From NCBI GenBank assembly GCA_041576165.1, contig JBFGLM010000014.1:26577-90576 (forward strand): a DNA stretch of 64,000 nucleotides, written 5' to 3'. The DNA comes from Acidimicrobiia bacterium. Lineage in GTDB: Bacteria > Actinomycetota > Acidimicrobiia > Spongiisociales > Spongiisociaceae. The stretch's first letter is position 1, and each line of letters begins with the position of its first letter. Below are positions 19,073-28,164 of the stretch, one piece after another. The notes beneath the pieces were generated by a model. The model ran no database searches, was not told the DNA's origin, and was given only the letters and a program-made list of their open reading frames with translations. Made by a program: the position numbers and the translations under genes.

Positions 19073-19809
19073 CCTCCCAGTCCGGCGGTCCAGTCCTGCG
19101 GACCGGCGGCGGGGCGAGTAGTCCCGGCGAGCGACTGAATCCCGAAGGCGTCGGCCGGGATCGTGAGGAAGGCGTCCGGCTCCCACAGGCCGGCGTCGAT
19201 CGCGATCTGAGATCGTCCGTGCCCGGCCGACCCCCATTCGACATAGGTGACCATCTGCTGAGCGTCCTCGAACGCCGAGGATCTGAACAGGGCCAGCTCT
19301 CCGTCGGTGCGATCAATGGACCCCACCCGCCCATTCATCGGAATGACTGCCTTGGCGATCCCCGCCCCATCCCCCAGGTTGGCGCCGTCTCCTACCGCCA
19401 GCCACACAGCCTCGAGTGGCTCAAGCTCAATGGACGGGATCTGGAAATACTGTGGGCGACTGCAGAGCGCATATCCACCCAGATCGCCCGCCACGATCCC
19501 AACATTGGCAATCGCGACAAACCCGTTCGCCCCGAACTGGATCTCTGTGATCGCAAACTCGGCCGTCGCATCCGGAGGCAGGGTCGTGGTGGTCGCTCGC
19601 GTCGTCTCCGCCGCGGCCGCGGTTGTATCGGTTTCCTGCAAGATGGTTGTGGTCGCGTCGCGGGCCGAAGTGTCGGTGGTCTCCACCGTGGGCGGTGTGG
19701 TTGTAGAAGCATCCGTCGTCTGAATCGTCGAACGACGGGGCTCGCGTAGCACCAGGAGAACCGCGGCCACCAAGAGCAGCAACGCGAGGACACCAATCAA
19801 CCTACGCAT
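19069..19809 (-). CDS. Membrane-anchored protein, Thr-rich stalk plus lamin-tail-like domain
   Basis: N-terminal hydrophobic helix, poly-Thr linker, FAITEI..IAN..DLGGYALC..YVEWG. Confidence 0.7.
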   Translation of the reverse strand: MRRLIGVLALLLLVAAVLLVLREPRRSTIQTTDASTTTPPTVETTDTSARDATTTILQETDTTAAAAETTRATTTTLPPDATAEFAITEIQFGANGFVAIANVGIVAGDLGGYALCSRPQYFQIPSIELEPLEAVWLAVGDGANLGDGAGIAKAVIPMNGRVGSIDRTDGELALFRSSAFEDAQQMVTYVEWGSAGHGRSQIAIDAGLWEPDAFLTIPADAFGIQSLAGTTRPAAGPQDWTAGLGG

Positions 19810-20564
19810 CGTTGCCTTCTCTCGACTACCTCGTTGATCAAACGGACCAGCGTCGGCTGGGCAGAATCCGACCACACAGTGTGTCCTTGCTCGCTGGGGT
19901 GGAACAGGTCCGGTGAGAACATACCTGGTCGGGTTCGGAATGGCTCTGATGCCAGCTCGCGGATCGGCACCTTGACCACGTGTGGTTGGCCGGCGGCTGT
20001 CTGGCGATGAACCCGCTCAAACAACGCTGACCGGACGTTGAGCAGATGGGCGAGTGGGCCCGGCAACCGGGGTATCGCACCGACATTGCCAATGCCCAAC
20101 AGCGCAACTATCGCCCCGGCGTCTACCAGCGACTGCACGATGAACCGGAAATCCGCCCGGAAGCGCTTCAGCGGCACGCCCCGGATCGCGTCGTTCGATC
20201 CGACCGATACCAGGGCGATGTCGGGCTCGGTATCGAGTGCTGCTGTCAGCTGCGTGCGGCGCACATCGGCGGCCTTCGAGCCACCGACCGCCACGCTGAC
20301 CAGCGTCACCCGGACGTCGGGCCTGATGCGCACGAGAGACTGCCGGATCCAAATATCGGCAGGGTCCAGCAAACCTGGGCCGGTCAGGGTGCTGTCGCCT
20401 AACGCAACGATCGTGATGGGTGTGCCGTCCTCGGGTCCGACCGCACCGGAGGCATCGAGGTTGGTGAACGAGGGGAGGGTGCGGTGGCCGGCGTAGTAAC
20501 CCTGAGCCACCAGGCCCACGACTGTGGCCAGCCCGGCCCCGGACATCGCCTTGCGTAGCTGCAT
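19797..20564 (-). CDS. SGNH/GDSL hydrolase
   Basis: ALGDST, VGSND, DLFHPS motifs. Confidence 0.9.
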   Translation of the reverse strand: MQLRKAMSGAGLATVVGLVAQGYYAGHRTLPSFTNLDASGAVGPEDGTPITIVALGDSTLTGPGLLDPADIWIRQSLVRIRPDVRVTLVSVAVGGSKAADVRRTQLTAALDTEPDIALVSVGSNDAIRGVPLKRFRADFRFIVQSLVDAGAIVALLGIGNVGAIPRLPGPLAHLLNVRSALFERVHRQTAAGQPHVVKVPIRELASEPFRTRPGMFSPDLFHPSEQGHTVWSDSAQPTLVRLINEVVERRQRCVG

Positions 20565-20624
20565 GAGTGGTTTTCTAGCAGCATCGGAAAGCCAGCCGGT
20601 CGCACCTAGGCCGGCCGCAGCTCC

Positions 20625-21569
20625 CTACTTTCCGCGTCTGTGCTCGTCGTCCTCGTCCCCGGTCTTGTCCGGGTGGTTGGCCTGGCGGTCCTTGTCTCTC
20701 CTGCCGTGGTCAGCGGACTGGTCGCCGGAACCGGCGTCCGGGTCCTGGTCGCCGGCCAGCAGTGTGAAGGTGAAGCTGGCCTCGCCGCCGCTCGCAGCTT
20801 TGACCGCCACCGAGAAGGTCTCGCCGATCGGGACATTAGAGAACGAGACCCGCAGGTCCCATGTTCCCTTTTCTCCGACTCGCGTCTCGCCTGCGCCGTA
20901 CGGAGAGGTGACTTTGATCATGTCGCCCGGGTGGCCGGTGCCCCAATACACGTCGCGGGGCTTCTTTCCCTCCACCGTCCCGTACTTGTTGTTTGCAGTG
21001 AACGCGCCCGTGCGGCGGTCGACGGCCTCTTCGTTCCCATCAGTCCCGCCGGGCGCCGCGCTGGGAGATGGTCCAGGCACGTCGTAGTGCGCTGTGACCG
21101 ATGCCTCGCGCACGGTCACACCATCGGGGCTGGTGGCGTACAAGGTGGCCTTGTTCGGTCCTGGGGTCAGTACTAGTCCGATTGACCAGTTGCCTTTGCC
21201 ATCGTGCGTTGCGGCAAACCCGGCCGCCGTGACCGTCCACCCGACAGGAGCAGTCCCGCGGAATGTCACGTATTGCTCGGCGAAACGGGCTTCCGGCTGG
21301 GGGAAAGTGATCTCAAATGGGATCGCTCCGGCGGCCGCAGTGAACGAGACATCCGGGTCTGCCGGCTCACCGGACACCGAGGCCGCAACCTCGAGCAACG
21401 TTGTGGTCGGAGCGGAGGACGGCTCGGTCCCTGCGACGAATCCAGACATGACCTGTACGGGCTCAGGTGCACGCGGCGCCAGCGAGCCAGCCTTCGCCAA
21501 GGCGACCCCAGCCAGCAGCACGACGACAAAGGCCGCGCTGAAGACAGCGATGGTCCGTTTGTTGAACAA
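20625..21569 (-). CDS. Secreted protein with two Ig-like beta-sandwich domains (paralogue of 47308 anti-sigma ectodomain)
   Basis: TTG after AGGGGG RBS (GTG 21650 alternative), signal peptide ending ALA, FRGTAP..GNWSIGLVL.PGPN and DVYWGT..VTSPYG..GTW. Confidence 0.75.
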   Translation of the reverse strand: MFNKRTIAVFSAAFVVVLLAGVALAKAGSLAPRAPEPVQVMSGFVAGTEPSSAPTTTLLEVAASVSGEPADPDVSFTAAAGAIPFEITFPQPEARFAEQYVTFRGTAPVGWTVTAAGFAATHDGKGNWSIGLVLTPGPNKATLYATSPDGVTVREASVTAHYDVPGPSPSAAPGGTDGNEEAVDRRTGAFTANNKYGTVEGKKPRDVYWGTGHPGDMIKVTSPYGAGETRVGEKGTWDLRVSFSNVPIGETFSVAVKAASGGEASFTFTLLAGDQDPDAGSGDQSADHGRRDKDRQANHPDKTGDEDDEHRRGK

Positions 21570-21653
21570 GCAGTTCCCCCTGCGGGTTCGAAGATTCCCC
21601 GGGTCCGCGTGGATGATGAACTTGTGGGGGCGGTGGTCCCGCCTTCTCACACA

Positions 21654-21683
21654 AGACTCGCCCTATGGGGCCGCTGAGGTTTA
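21654..21683 (-). promoter_or_regulatory. Candidate ECF promoter TAAACC-N17-CGAGTCT
   Basis: Near-identical to TAAACC-N16-CGAGTGT upstream of the 46778 ECF sigma gene. Confidence 0.55.
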
Positions 21684-21722
21684 CCGGGTTCCTAGGAAGA
21701 ATCTGGGCGGCGGCCGTCGGGG

Positions 21723-22934
21723 TCAGGCCGCGCTCAGGGTGTGCGCCGCAGTCTCGGTGATCTGTTCGATACCCCAGCTGAGATCGTCCTCCCCGATGAT
21801 CAAGGGTGGAGCGAAGCGGACGCTGTGGCCGTGGGTGTCTTTGGCGATGACCCGTCGCTTCAAGAGGGCTTCGACGAAGTCACGCCCGCTCGGCCCCTGC
21901 GCCGGCAGATCAACTCCAGCCCAAAGACCCCGGCCGCGGACCGAGACTACGCCGTCGACTGAACGCAGCCCGCTGCGCAGCACCCGTCCGAGTTCGCGGG
22001 CGCGCTGCTGATACTCGCCGGTCTTGAGCATCGAGACGACTTCTCGCCCGATGGCGGCGGCCAGTGGGTTGCCGCCGAAGGTGCTGCCATGTTCGCCCGG
22101 CTGCAGAACGCCCATGACGGCCCAGTTGGCGACCACCGCCGAGAGCGGCACGATGCCTCCGCCCAGAGCTTTGCCAAGGATGTAAACGTCGGGTCTGACG
22201 TCGTCGTGGTCGCATGCGAAGGTGTGTCCGGTCCGGCCGAGGCCCGACTGGATTTCGTCTGCGATGAACAGCACGCCGTAGCGGGCCGTGATCGCTCTCA
22301 CCTTGCGCAAGTACCGGGGGGGCGGGGTGATGACTCCGGCTTCACCCTGGACGGGCTCCAGCAACACCGCAACGGTGGTCTCGTCGATGGCGGCTTCGAG
22401 CGCGTCGGCGTCGCCGAACGGCACCGATCGGAAGCCCGGTGTGAACGGCCCGAATCCGGTGCGAGCCTGCGGATCGTCGGAGAAGCTGATGATCGAGATC
22501 GTCCGGCCGTGAAAGTTGCCGTCGGCGACGATGATCGTCGCCGTGCCAGGTGCGACACCCTTGGCTTCGTAGCCCCATTTGCGAGCCAGCTTGAGCGCGG
22601 TTTCGACCGCCTCGGCGCCACTGTTCATCAACAGGGCCGCGTCCAGCCCGGTGAGCTCGGCCAAGTCGCGGCACAACCGACCCATCTGGTCGTTGTGTAT
22701 GGCCCGGCTGGTCAGTGTCACCTTGGCCAGCTGTCGTTCGGCGGCTGCGACCAGGCGGGGGTGGCGGTGGCCGAAGTTGAGCGCCGAATACGCCGACAGC
22801 ATGTCCAGGTAGCGGACACCCTCGACATCGGTGATCCACGCCCCCTCGGCGCACGCGGCTGCCACCGGGAGCGGGTGATAGTTGTGAGCGGCGAACCGCT
22901 CATCAGCGCGAATGATGTCGTCGTTCTTGGCCAT
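21723..22934 (-). CDS. rocD: Ornithine--oxo-acid aminotransferase
   Basis: AHNYHPLPV, YLDMLSAYSALNFGHRHP, NFHGRT, DEIQSGLGRTG, LGKALGGG, PGEHGSTFGGNP. Confidence 0.95.
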   Translation of the reverse strand: MAKNDDIIRADERFAAHNYHPLPVAAACAEGAWITDVEGVRYLDMLSAYSALNFGHRHPRLVAAAERQLAKVTLTSRAIHNDQMGRLCRDLAELTGLDAALLMNSGAEAVETALKLARKWGYEAKGVAPGTATIIVADGNFHGRTISIISFSDDPQARTGFGPFTPGFRSVPFGDADALEAAIDETTVAVLLEPVQGEAGVITPPPRYLRKVRAITARYGVLFIADEIQSGLGRTGHTFACDHDDVRPDVYILGKALGGGIVPLSAVVANWAVMGVLQPGEHGSTFGGNPLAAAIGREVVSMLKTGEYQQRARELGRVLRSGLRSVDGVVSVRGRGLWAGVDLPAQGPSGRDFVEALLKRRVIAKDTHGHSVRFAPPLIIGEDDLSWGIEQITETAAHTLSAA

Positions 22935-23779
22935 CACGCAGTCTTCGCGGCCTGAGCGCCGGTCCCGATGTCGAGCGGTAACGTCAGGCAGCGGACGGCG
23001 CCCCCCGCTTTCAAGAACTCGCCTACGGGGGTCACGACTGGGTGAAACCCGCGGCTGCGCAGCTCGTCACACAGCCGCGTACTGAGGTATGGGCTGATGA
23101 CGGTGCGGTCGATGACGATCGAGTTGGCGGCGAACTTGAGCGCTTCCTCGTCCGTGAGAAGGACGGGATCAGGGACGAGAGCTTGCAGCGTCTCCAGCCC
23201 ACGATCGGTCAGCCCGGCCGGCGCGATGAGGGCACTGTGCGAATCGAGCGGAGCGAACACCAGGTCGATGTGGTACAGACGGGGATCGGGCAGCGCGAGC
23301 GGTAGCACCGGGATCGCCAGCACCTGGCTGATGTTGCGCCAGGCGGCCCGGCTGGACCGTTGACCGTGACCGGCGATGAGTTGGTCAGCAAAGGGCAGCG
23401 CATCGCCCATACCCTCGAATGCTCCACCGGAGATGCTTTGGACAATGAAGCCATTGGCCGCAGCCCACTCGGCATAGAGCTCGGGCTCTCCGTCACGCTC
23501 GGGGAAACGCATCCGGGCAGGCAAGAACATCCCTCCGGTGACCACACCCGCATTGGCGCTGAAGACCATGTCGGGGAGGGAAGGATCTGGAGCGACCGTT
23601 TCCACCCGGCCACTTGCTTGCTCGATCGCCGTCACCAGGCCATGCCACTGGCGTTGCGCGGACGTGCGATCGACGGCAGCTTCCTGGTCCATCCAGGGGT
23701 TGATGGCATACTCCACCGTGAAGTAGTCGGGCGGGCACATGAGGTAGCGATGTCCCCAGTCGAGACTGGTCCTCTGCAT
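22934..23779 (-). CDS. Amidinotransferase-fold enzyme (DDAH / arginine dihydrolase-like)
   Basis: YLMCPP.YFTVEYAINPWM, LPDMVFSAN, FEGMGD, YHID, EFLKAGGAVRCLTL; GGAGGAG RBS; coupled to rocD. Confidence 0.85.
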   Translation of the reverse strand: MQRTSLDWGHRYLMCPPDYFTVEYAINPWMDQEAAVDRTSAQRQWHGLVTAIEQASGRVETVAPDPSLPDMVFSANAGVVTGGMFLPARMRFPERDGEPELYAEWAAANGFIVQSISGGAFEGMGDALPFADQLIAGHGQRSSRAAWRNISQVLAIPVLPLALPDPRLYHIDLVFAPLDSHSALIAPAGLTDRGLETLQALVPDPVLLTDEEALKFAANSIVIDRTVISPYLSTRLCDELRSRGFHPVVTPVGEFLKAGGAVRCLTLPLDIGTGAQAAKTA

Positions 23780-23848
23780 ACAGCTCCTCCTTCGCGTCGC
23801 CGCAGCCGCCGGTCCAGTGCCGCGGAATGGCACGGCTCGTTCACGGCT

Positions 23849-23922
23849 GGTCAATTGGATGACCGTTCAGTACAGTGTATTGTATCACTATATAATGACT
23901 AATGAGATCAATGTATTTGACC
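23849..23922. promoter_or_regulatory. AT-rich divergent control region with several TCA-N6-8-TGA-type palindromes (candidate XRE-cupin operators) and TATAAT
   Basis: GGTCAATTGGATGACC, TACAGTGTATTGTA, TCACTATATAATGA, TCAATGTATTTGA; TATAAT at 23891-23896. Confidence 0.6.
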
Positions 23923-23941
23923 GGCTGAGACGAGGTTTCCT

Positions 23942-24541
23942 GTGAGCGACGATGTGATCACTCAAGCGCCGACCGTGACCGAGGCGGTGGCCCGCAATGT
24001 ACGCGAAGCCCGCATCGAGCGGGGGTGGACCCTTGACCAACTGGCCGGCCGCTCTGGGGTCAGCAAGGGCATGGTCGTCCAGATCGAACAAGGAAGGACC
24101 AACCCCAGCATCGGTACGTTGAGCAAGATCTCCGAGGCCCTGGGAGTGTCGCTGCCGGACCTCGTGGACAACGGGGGAGCACCCACGGTGCGTGTTGTCG
24201 AAAGCGACCAGGCGGCGCTGCTGTGGGATACATCCGCCGGAAGCAGCGCGCGGCTGCTGGTCGGCGGGCGCCGGCCCGACTTCATCGAACTGTGGGAGTG
24301 GGTGCTCGTTCCCGGCGAAGAATACGAGGGCACCGTGCACCCGCTCGGGATACGCGAGCTGCTGTATGTAGACAAGGGGGTTTTGAGCTTGGCGGTGGGA
24401 GAACACGAGTACCGGCTGGCCGCGGGCACATCGGCGGCGTACCCCGGCGACCAACCTCACCGCTACCGCAACGACGGACCCGACCGAGTTCGCATATTCC
24501 TGGTCATGGTCGACCCTGGAGGAACCGGGCGCAGCGGGTGA
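23942..24541 (+). CDS. XRE-family HTH + cupin transcriptional regulator (PuuR-like)
   Basis: RIERGWTLDQLAGRSGVSKGMVVQIEQGRTNPSIGTL; cupin ELWEW..HPLGIRE..DQPHRYRN. Confidence 0.92.
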   Translation: MSDDVITQAPTVTEAVARNVREARIERGWTLDQLAGRSGVSKGMVVQIEQGRTNPSIGTLSKISEALGVSLPDLVDNGGAPTVRVVESDQAALLWDTSAGSSARLLVGGRRPDFIELWEWVLVPGEEYEGTVHPLGIRELLYVDKGVLSLAVGEHEYRLAAGTSAAYPGDQPHRYRNDGPDRVRIFLVMVDPGGTGRSG

Positions 24542-24559
24542 TCGGCAGGGTCGGAGCCC

Positions 24560-25738
24560 TCAGCCCGCCAGCTCTTTCTCGACCGGCGTCCGGAACCGGG
24601 GCGTCACCACCGTCCCGTCCAGGATCCCCTCCAGCCGGCTCACTTCTTCGTGTAACAGCGCGTCGTGTGTGGAGGAGAGCGGCTCGAACAATGCGGTGAC
24701 GATCTCACCCGTGGGGCGCTGTCCCCATCCGCCCACCACGCGGCCGTCGGCCCACAAGGTAGGACCGGCATTGCCGTTGCGGTCGAACAGACGGGCCGCG
24801 TGACTCCCGAAATACCAATCGCGCTCCTTCCAGCCCATCGGTGTGGGGTCCAGGCCTGGTAAGAGCGCCACCCACGATTCGGGCGCTGCAGTGCCTCCGA
24901 CGTCGCCGGTCAACACCCAGCCGGTGCCCTCGTCGAGCGCCACTTCGACCGCGCGGTTGGCGACCAGCGCTTCGCGTGTCTGGCGGACCGTCCACCCCGT
25001 CCACCATTTCAGGTCGTTGAATGTGCCGGGCCCGTAGCCGGCCAGCCAACGGCCGGCGAGATCCGTTCGGGCATCCGACGGATCTATGTCGGGCATCGCT
25101 CGACCCAACCACGCCTCCATGGGCGCCCACCGGTACTGGCTACTGAGCCAACTTCCTCGGGGGCGGGCACGGACGATCTTGCCTTCGGTCGCGAGCAGGA
25201 ACAGGACCCGGGTGGAGATACCCATTTCACCGGCCCACATGGCTTCGCCTCCGAACCGCAGTTTCTGTTTGAGTGCCGGCACATCGGTCGACAGTTCACG
25301 CGCCACTGCCTGCCCGCGCTGCGTCAGCGCTGCCAGCGTGCGTTGCTGCACGTCGTCGAGCCAGCCGTCTCCGTTCTGGGCGACATCTTGGTCTTCGAGC
25401 ATCTTGACCAGCTTGGTCCGCTCCCGCTTCGCGAGCGGCGCCGAGCAGCCGTGGTGGAGCAGCGGTGCGAGATCTGTAGGTACGACAAACATCGTCCGGC
25501 GCATTCCGAGCACGCGTACGAGCGTGCGGGCTGTGTAGAGCGAATTGGCGACCGCATCGATCGAAGGCTCTGCCATTCGGGCCCAGGCCGACAGATACAC
25601 GGTTGCCGGATCGCTGGAATGAAGACCGACCTGGGCCTCGGCGACCTCCTCGACTCGCTGTGCGCGGCCAATAGGGGTCAGGTGATGGCGGAGTGCGAGG
25701 CGGTGCCGACGTTCCGCGGTACTGATCGTCGGGGTCAC
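24560..25738 (-). CDS. AlkZ-like (HTH_42) DNA glycosylase, HSSD variant
   Basis: GLHSSDPATVYLSAWAR, LGMRRTMF, GYGPGT..DLKWWTG, LLPGLDPTPMGWKERDWY, FDRNGNAGP, GRVVGGW. Confidence 0.88.
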   Translation of the reverse strand: MTPTISTAERRHRLALRHHLTPIGRAQRVEEVAEAQVGLHSSDPATVYLSAWARMAEPSIDAVANSLYTARTLVRVLGMRRTMFVVPTDLAPLLHHGCSAPLAKRERTKLVKMLEDQDVAQNGDGWLDDVQQRTLAALTQRGQAVARELSTDVPALKQKLRFGGEAMWAGEMGISTRVLFLLATEGKIVRARPRGSWLSSQYRWAPMEAWLGRAMPDIDPSDARTDLAGRWLAGYGPGTFNDLKWWTGWTVRQTREALVANRAVEVALDEGTGWVLTGDVGGTAAPESWVALLPGLDPTPMGWKERDWYFGSHAARLFDRNGNAGPTLWADGRVVGGWGQRPTGEIVTALFEPLSSTHDALLHEEVSRLEGILDGTVVTPRFRTPVEKELAG

Positions 25739-26151
25739 GCCGGATGGTCGACGACGTGGGCCAGCTCATCAAGCTCAGGCATAAGGATGACGCTCTCTTG
25801 TTCATTGGGGTCGGTCCGGGCCACCAGAGCCCGGGCCGGCTCGTTCTTGCTGGCGTTCACGGGCAGATGGGGGACGCCGCCCGGGATGTACACGAAGTCT
25901 CCCGGTCCGACGTCGATTCTCTCCCGGAGCTCTTCGCCGTACCACATTGCAGCACGGCCCTCGAGCACATAGATTGCCGTCTCGTGACCGGCATGGCGGT
26001 GGGCCTTGGCCCTGCCGCCGGGCGGTATCTCGAGCAGATGGGCACACAGACTCTGGGCGCCCACCGACTCGGCCGAAACTCCCATGAACTGGTTGAGGCC
26101 TTGTTTGCTCTCGGTGCCGGTGGATGATCTGACCACCGCAACCCCTGCCAT
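25735..26151 (-). CDS. Cupin domain protein
   Basis: IPPGGRAKAHRHAGHETAIY, GDFVYIPGGVPHLPVN, ARTDPNEQESV. Confidence 0.9.
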   Translation of the reverse strand: MAGVAVVRSSTGTESKQGLNQFMGVSAESVGAQSLCAHLLEIPPGGRAKAHRHAGHETAIYVLEGRAAMWYGEELRERIDVGPGDFVYIPGGVPHLPVNASKNEPARALVARTDPNEQESVILMPELDELAHVVDHPA

Positions 26152-26223
26152 CTTCACCCCTTCTTCGGTCGACGCCGAGGCTACCGGGGAGGGACGCCAC
26201 CCTCACAGTGGGGGAAGCAGTGT

Positions 26224-26901
26224 TCAGTTCGACTTCGAATCGGGGTCGGCGTTCACTTCGGCTGCGAGCCGGTTCCGATCGAGGACCCGGATGCTGCGGT
26301 ACCCCGTTTCGACCAGCCCGGCTTCGGCGAGTTCAGACAGCGACCGGTTGATCGTCTGACGGCGTACTCCCAACATGGCGGCCATCGTGGTCTGGGACAT
26401 CTCGACGTGCCCGGCATCGTCGGCGTGTTCGACGAGCAGGCCTGCAACTTGCTGGCGGGCCGTGCGTCCAAGCAACAGCTCCAGCTGGTCGTGGGATTCG
26501 CCGAGCGCACGCATCGCCGCCGTCAGAAATGCAAGCGACAGCGACGTGCTCGACTCCAGCAGCGGGATCAGTTTGCGGCGGTCGAACCAGTAGATCTCGC
26601 AGTACGTCGCCACGTAGGCGCTCGACTGGTACGGCACGTTGAGGAACATCGAGATGTCGCCGATGAACTTGCCGCTGCCGGGTCGCGTGATGATTCGCTG
26701 GCGACCGTTGTGTCGGGAAACCTCGACGATCCCACGCAAGATCAGATGGCAGTACCGGGATGGCTCTCCCTGGTCGAAGACTTTGTCACCGGGTCGGTAG
26801 ACGATCACGTCCCCGCATTCGGCCAGTGCCTCCAGGTCGGCCCGCGACGGGCGTTTCCCGAGCGTCGCCCGTAAGGTCCGGATCAGGCGTGGGTTGCTCA
26901 T
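26224..26901 (-). CDS. Crp/Fnr family transcriptional regulator
   Basis: cNMP-binding fold (VFDQGEP..ILRGIVEV..GDI) and HTH MSQTTMAAMLGVRRQTINRSL; GGAGG RBS. Confidence 0.88.
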   Translation of the reverse strand: MSNPRLIRTLRATLGKRPSRADLEALAECGDVIVYRPGDKVFDQGEPSRYCHLILRGIVEVSRHNGRQRIITRPGSGKFIGDISMFLNVPYQSSAYVATYCEIYWFDRRKLIPLLESSTSLSLAFLTAAMRALGESHDQLELLLGRTARQQVAGLLVEHADDAGHVEMSQTTMAAMLGVRRQTINRSLSELAEAGLVETGYRSIRVLDRNRLAAEVNADPDSKSN

Positions 26902-27113
26902 CTGTGGTCCTCCCGGCCGAGCGGTGCGGGTGGTCGGCGCCCGGATCATCGCCGCCTGTTCGAGACCGCTCAATCTTGCCGGTTGGTCCGGGGCCGCCCT
27001 TGCTTGTGGACGTGGAGTCACAGGTTAGAAGGATTGATCGTGCGGTTGCTGCAATGCGCCTGTCGGGAAGTCGCAGGCCAGACGGGACGGCAGGTGGTGT
27101 GGGAACGGCGATC

Positions 27114-28007
27114 CTACGGCCTCACCTGCTGGGCGAGGCGCGCGTACGGCGATGCTCCCCGTGTCGACACGCCACTCAGACCCGACTCGAGTTCCCCGCG
27201 GGCGGCGCCGAGGATCGCTTCGACGGCGATCCCTCCGGCTTCCGGATCGTCTGGGTCGACCAGCTCGGAATGGCGGGTGTTGGCGACGTGTAGACCGGGG
27301 TGGTGGCCGGCGTCGACCAGCCGTTCGTAATAGCTCTCGGCGTGGTCGATCGGCACATTGGTGTCGCGCACGCCGTGGATCAGCATCATCGGCACATCGA
27401 CGGACCGACCTGTTTTGCCTTCCGGGGTGAAGTGAGAGGCGTCGACCTCGCCCCACAGCGTTTGGATTCGCCATCCGTAGTGGTAGGCGCCACCCAGGCC
27501 GATGAAAGCTTCCGGGACGTGGGAGATGTGGTCCAGGCAGCTGAAGTCGTAACCGCCGTGCGGGGTCAGCGCTAAACCCGACCCGGGCAGGCCGCCGTAG
27601 GAGAAGCCAACCAGTATCAGGTTGTCCGGATCTGCGCCGTACCGGGAGGCCTGGTTGCGGGCGTAGCGGACCGAACAGACCACATCTTCGAAGGTGTCTC
27701 GAACGGCCTGGCGAGTCCGCGGCTGGCCGCTGTAGTAGGTGGGGACAAAAACGGCTGCACCCCTCGATGCAACGGCTTGGGCCAGACGGTGCATATCGCC
27801 GTTGCCTGTGTTCCCGCCACCGTGCAGCAGAACCACGAGCGGAACGGGTTCGTCGCCGGGTTCGGCTGGAGCGAATAGGTCAATCGTCTGGGTGTTGGGT
27901 CCGGTCAAGTCGTGGATGACCGTGACCTCCTGCGCACCGGAGGCGGCCGGTACCGACAGCAATCCGAAGGCAATTATGGATGCGATGGTGCGGGCTGTAT
28001 GTGACAT
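27114..28007 (-). CDS. Secreted alpha/beta hydrolase (esterase-like)
   Basis: Signal peptide, LLHGGG, GFSYGG nucleophile elbow, IHGVRD.NVP, H near C-terminus. Confidence 0.88.
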   Translation of the reverse strand: MSHTARTIASIIAFGLLSVPAASGAQEVTVIHDLTGPNTQTIDLFAPAEPGDEPVPLVVLLHGGGNTGNGDMHRLAQAVASRGAAVFVPTYYSGQPRTRQAVRDTFEDVVCSVRYARNQASRYGADPDNLILVGFSYGGLPGSGLALTPHGGYDFSCLDHISHVPEAFIGLGGAYHYGWRIQTLWGEVDASHFTPEGKTGRSVDVPMMLIHGVRDTNVPIDHAESYYERLVDAGHHPGLHVANTRHSELVDPDDPEAGGIAVEAILGAARGELESGLSGVSTRGASPYARLAQQVRP

Positions 28008-28073
28008 GCCCGCACCGTCCGGCGCAGCACTTACAGATCGCTCAGGCTGGGCCTAACACCGGCTGGACCCCCT

Positions 28074-28093
28074 GAAAGGTGCGAGAAAGGTGC
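28074..28093. promoter_or_regulatory. 9-bp direct repeat with 11-bp period, candidate SARP binding site
   Basis: GAAAGGTGC-ga-GAAAGGTGC between the hydrolase and the SARP gene. Confidence 0.6.
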
Positions 28094-28164
28094 TCGGGGT
28101 GGGATTGTCGGGACCGGCAACGCCGGTGTCGGCGTAGCCTTGATCGAGGATGGAGGGGCCGGCC

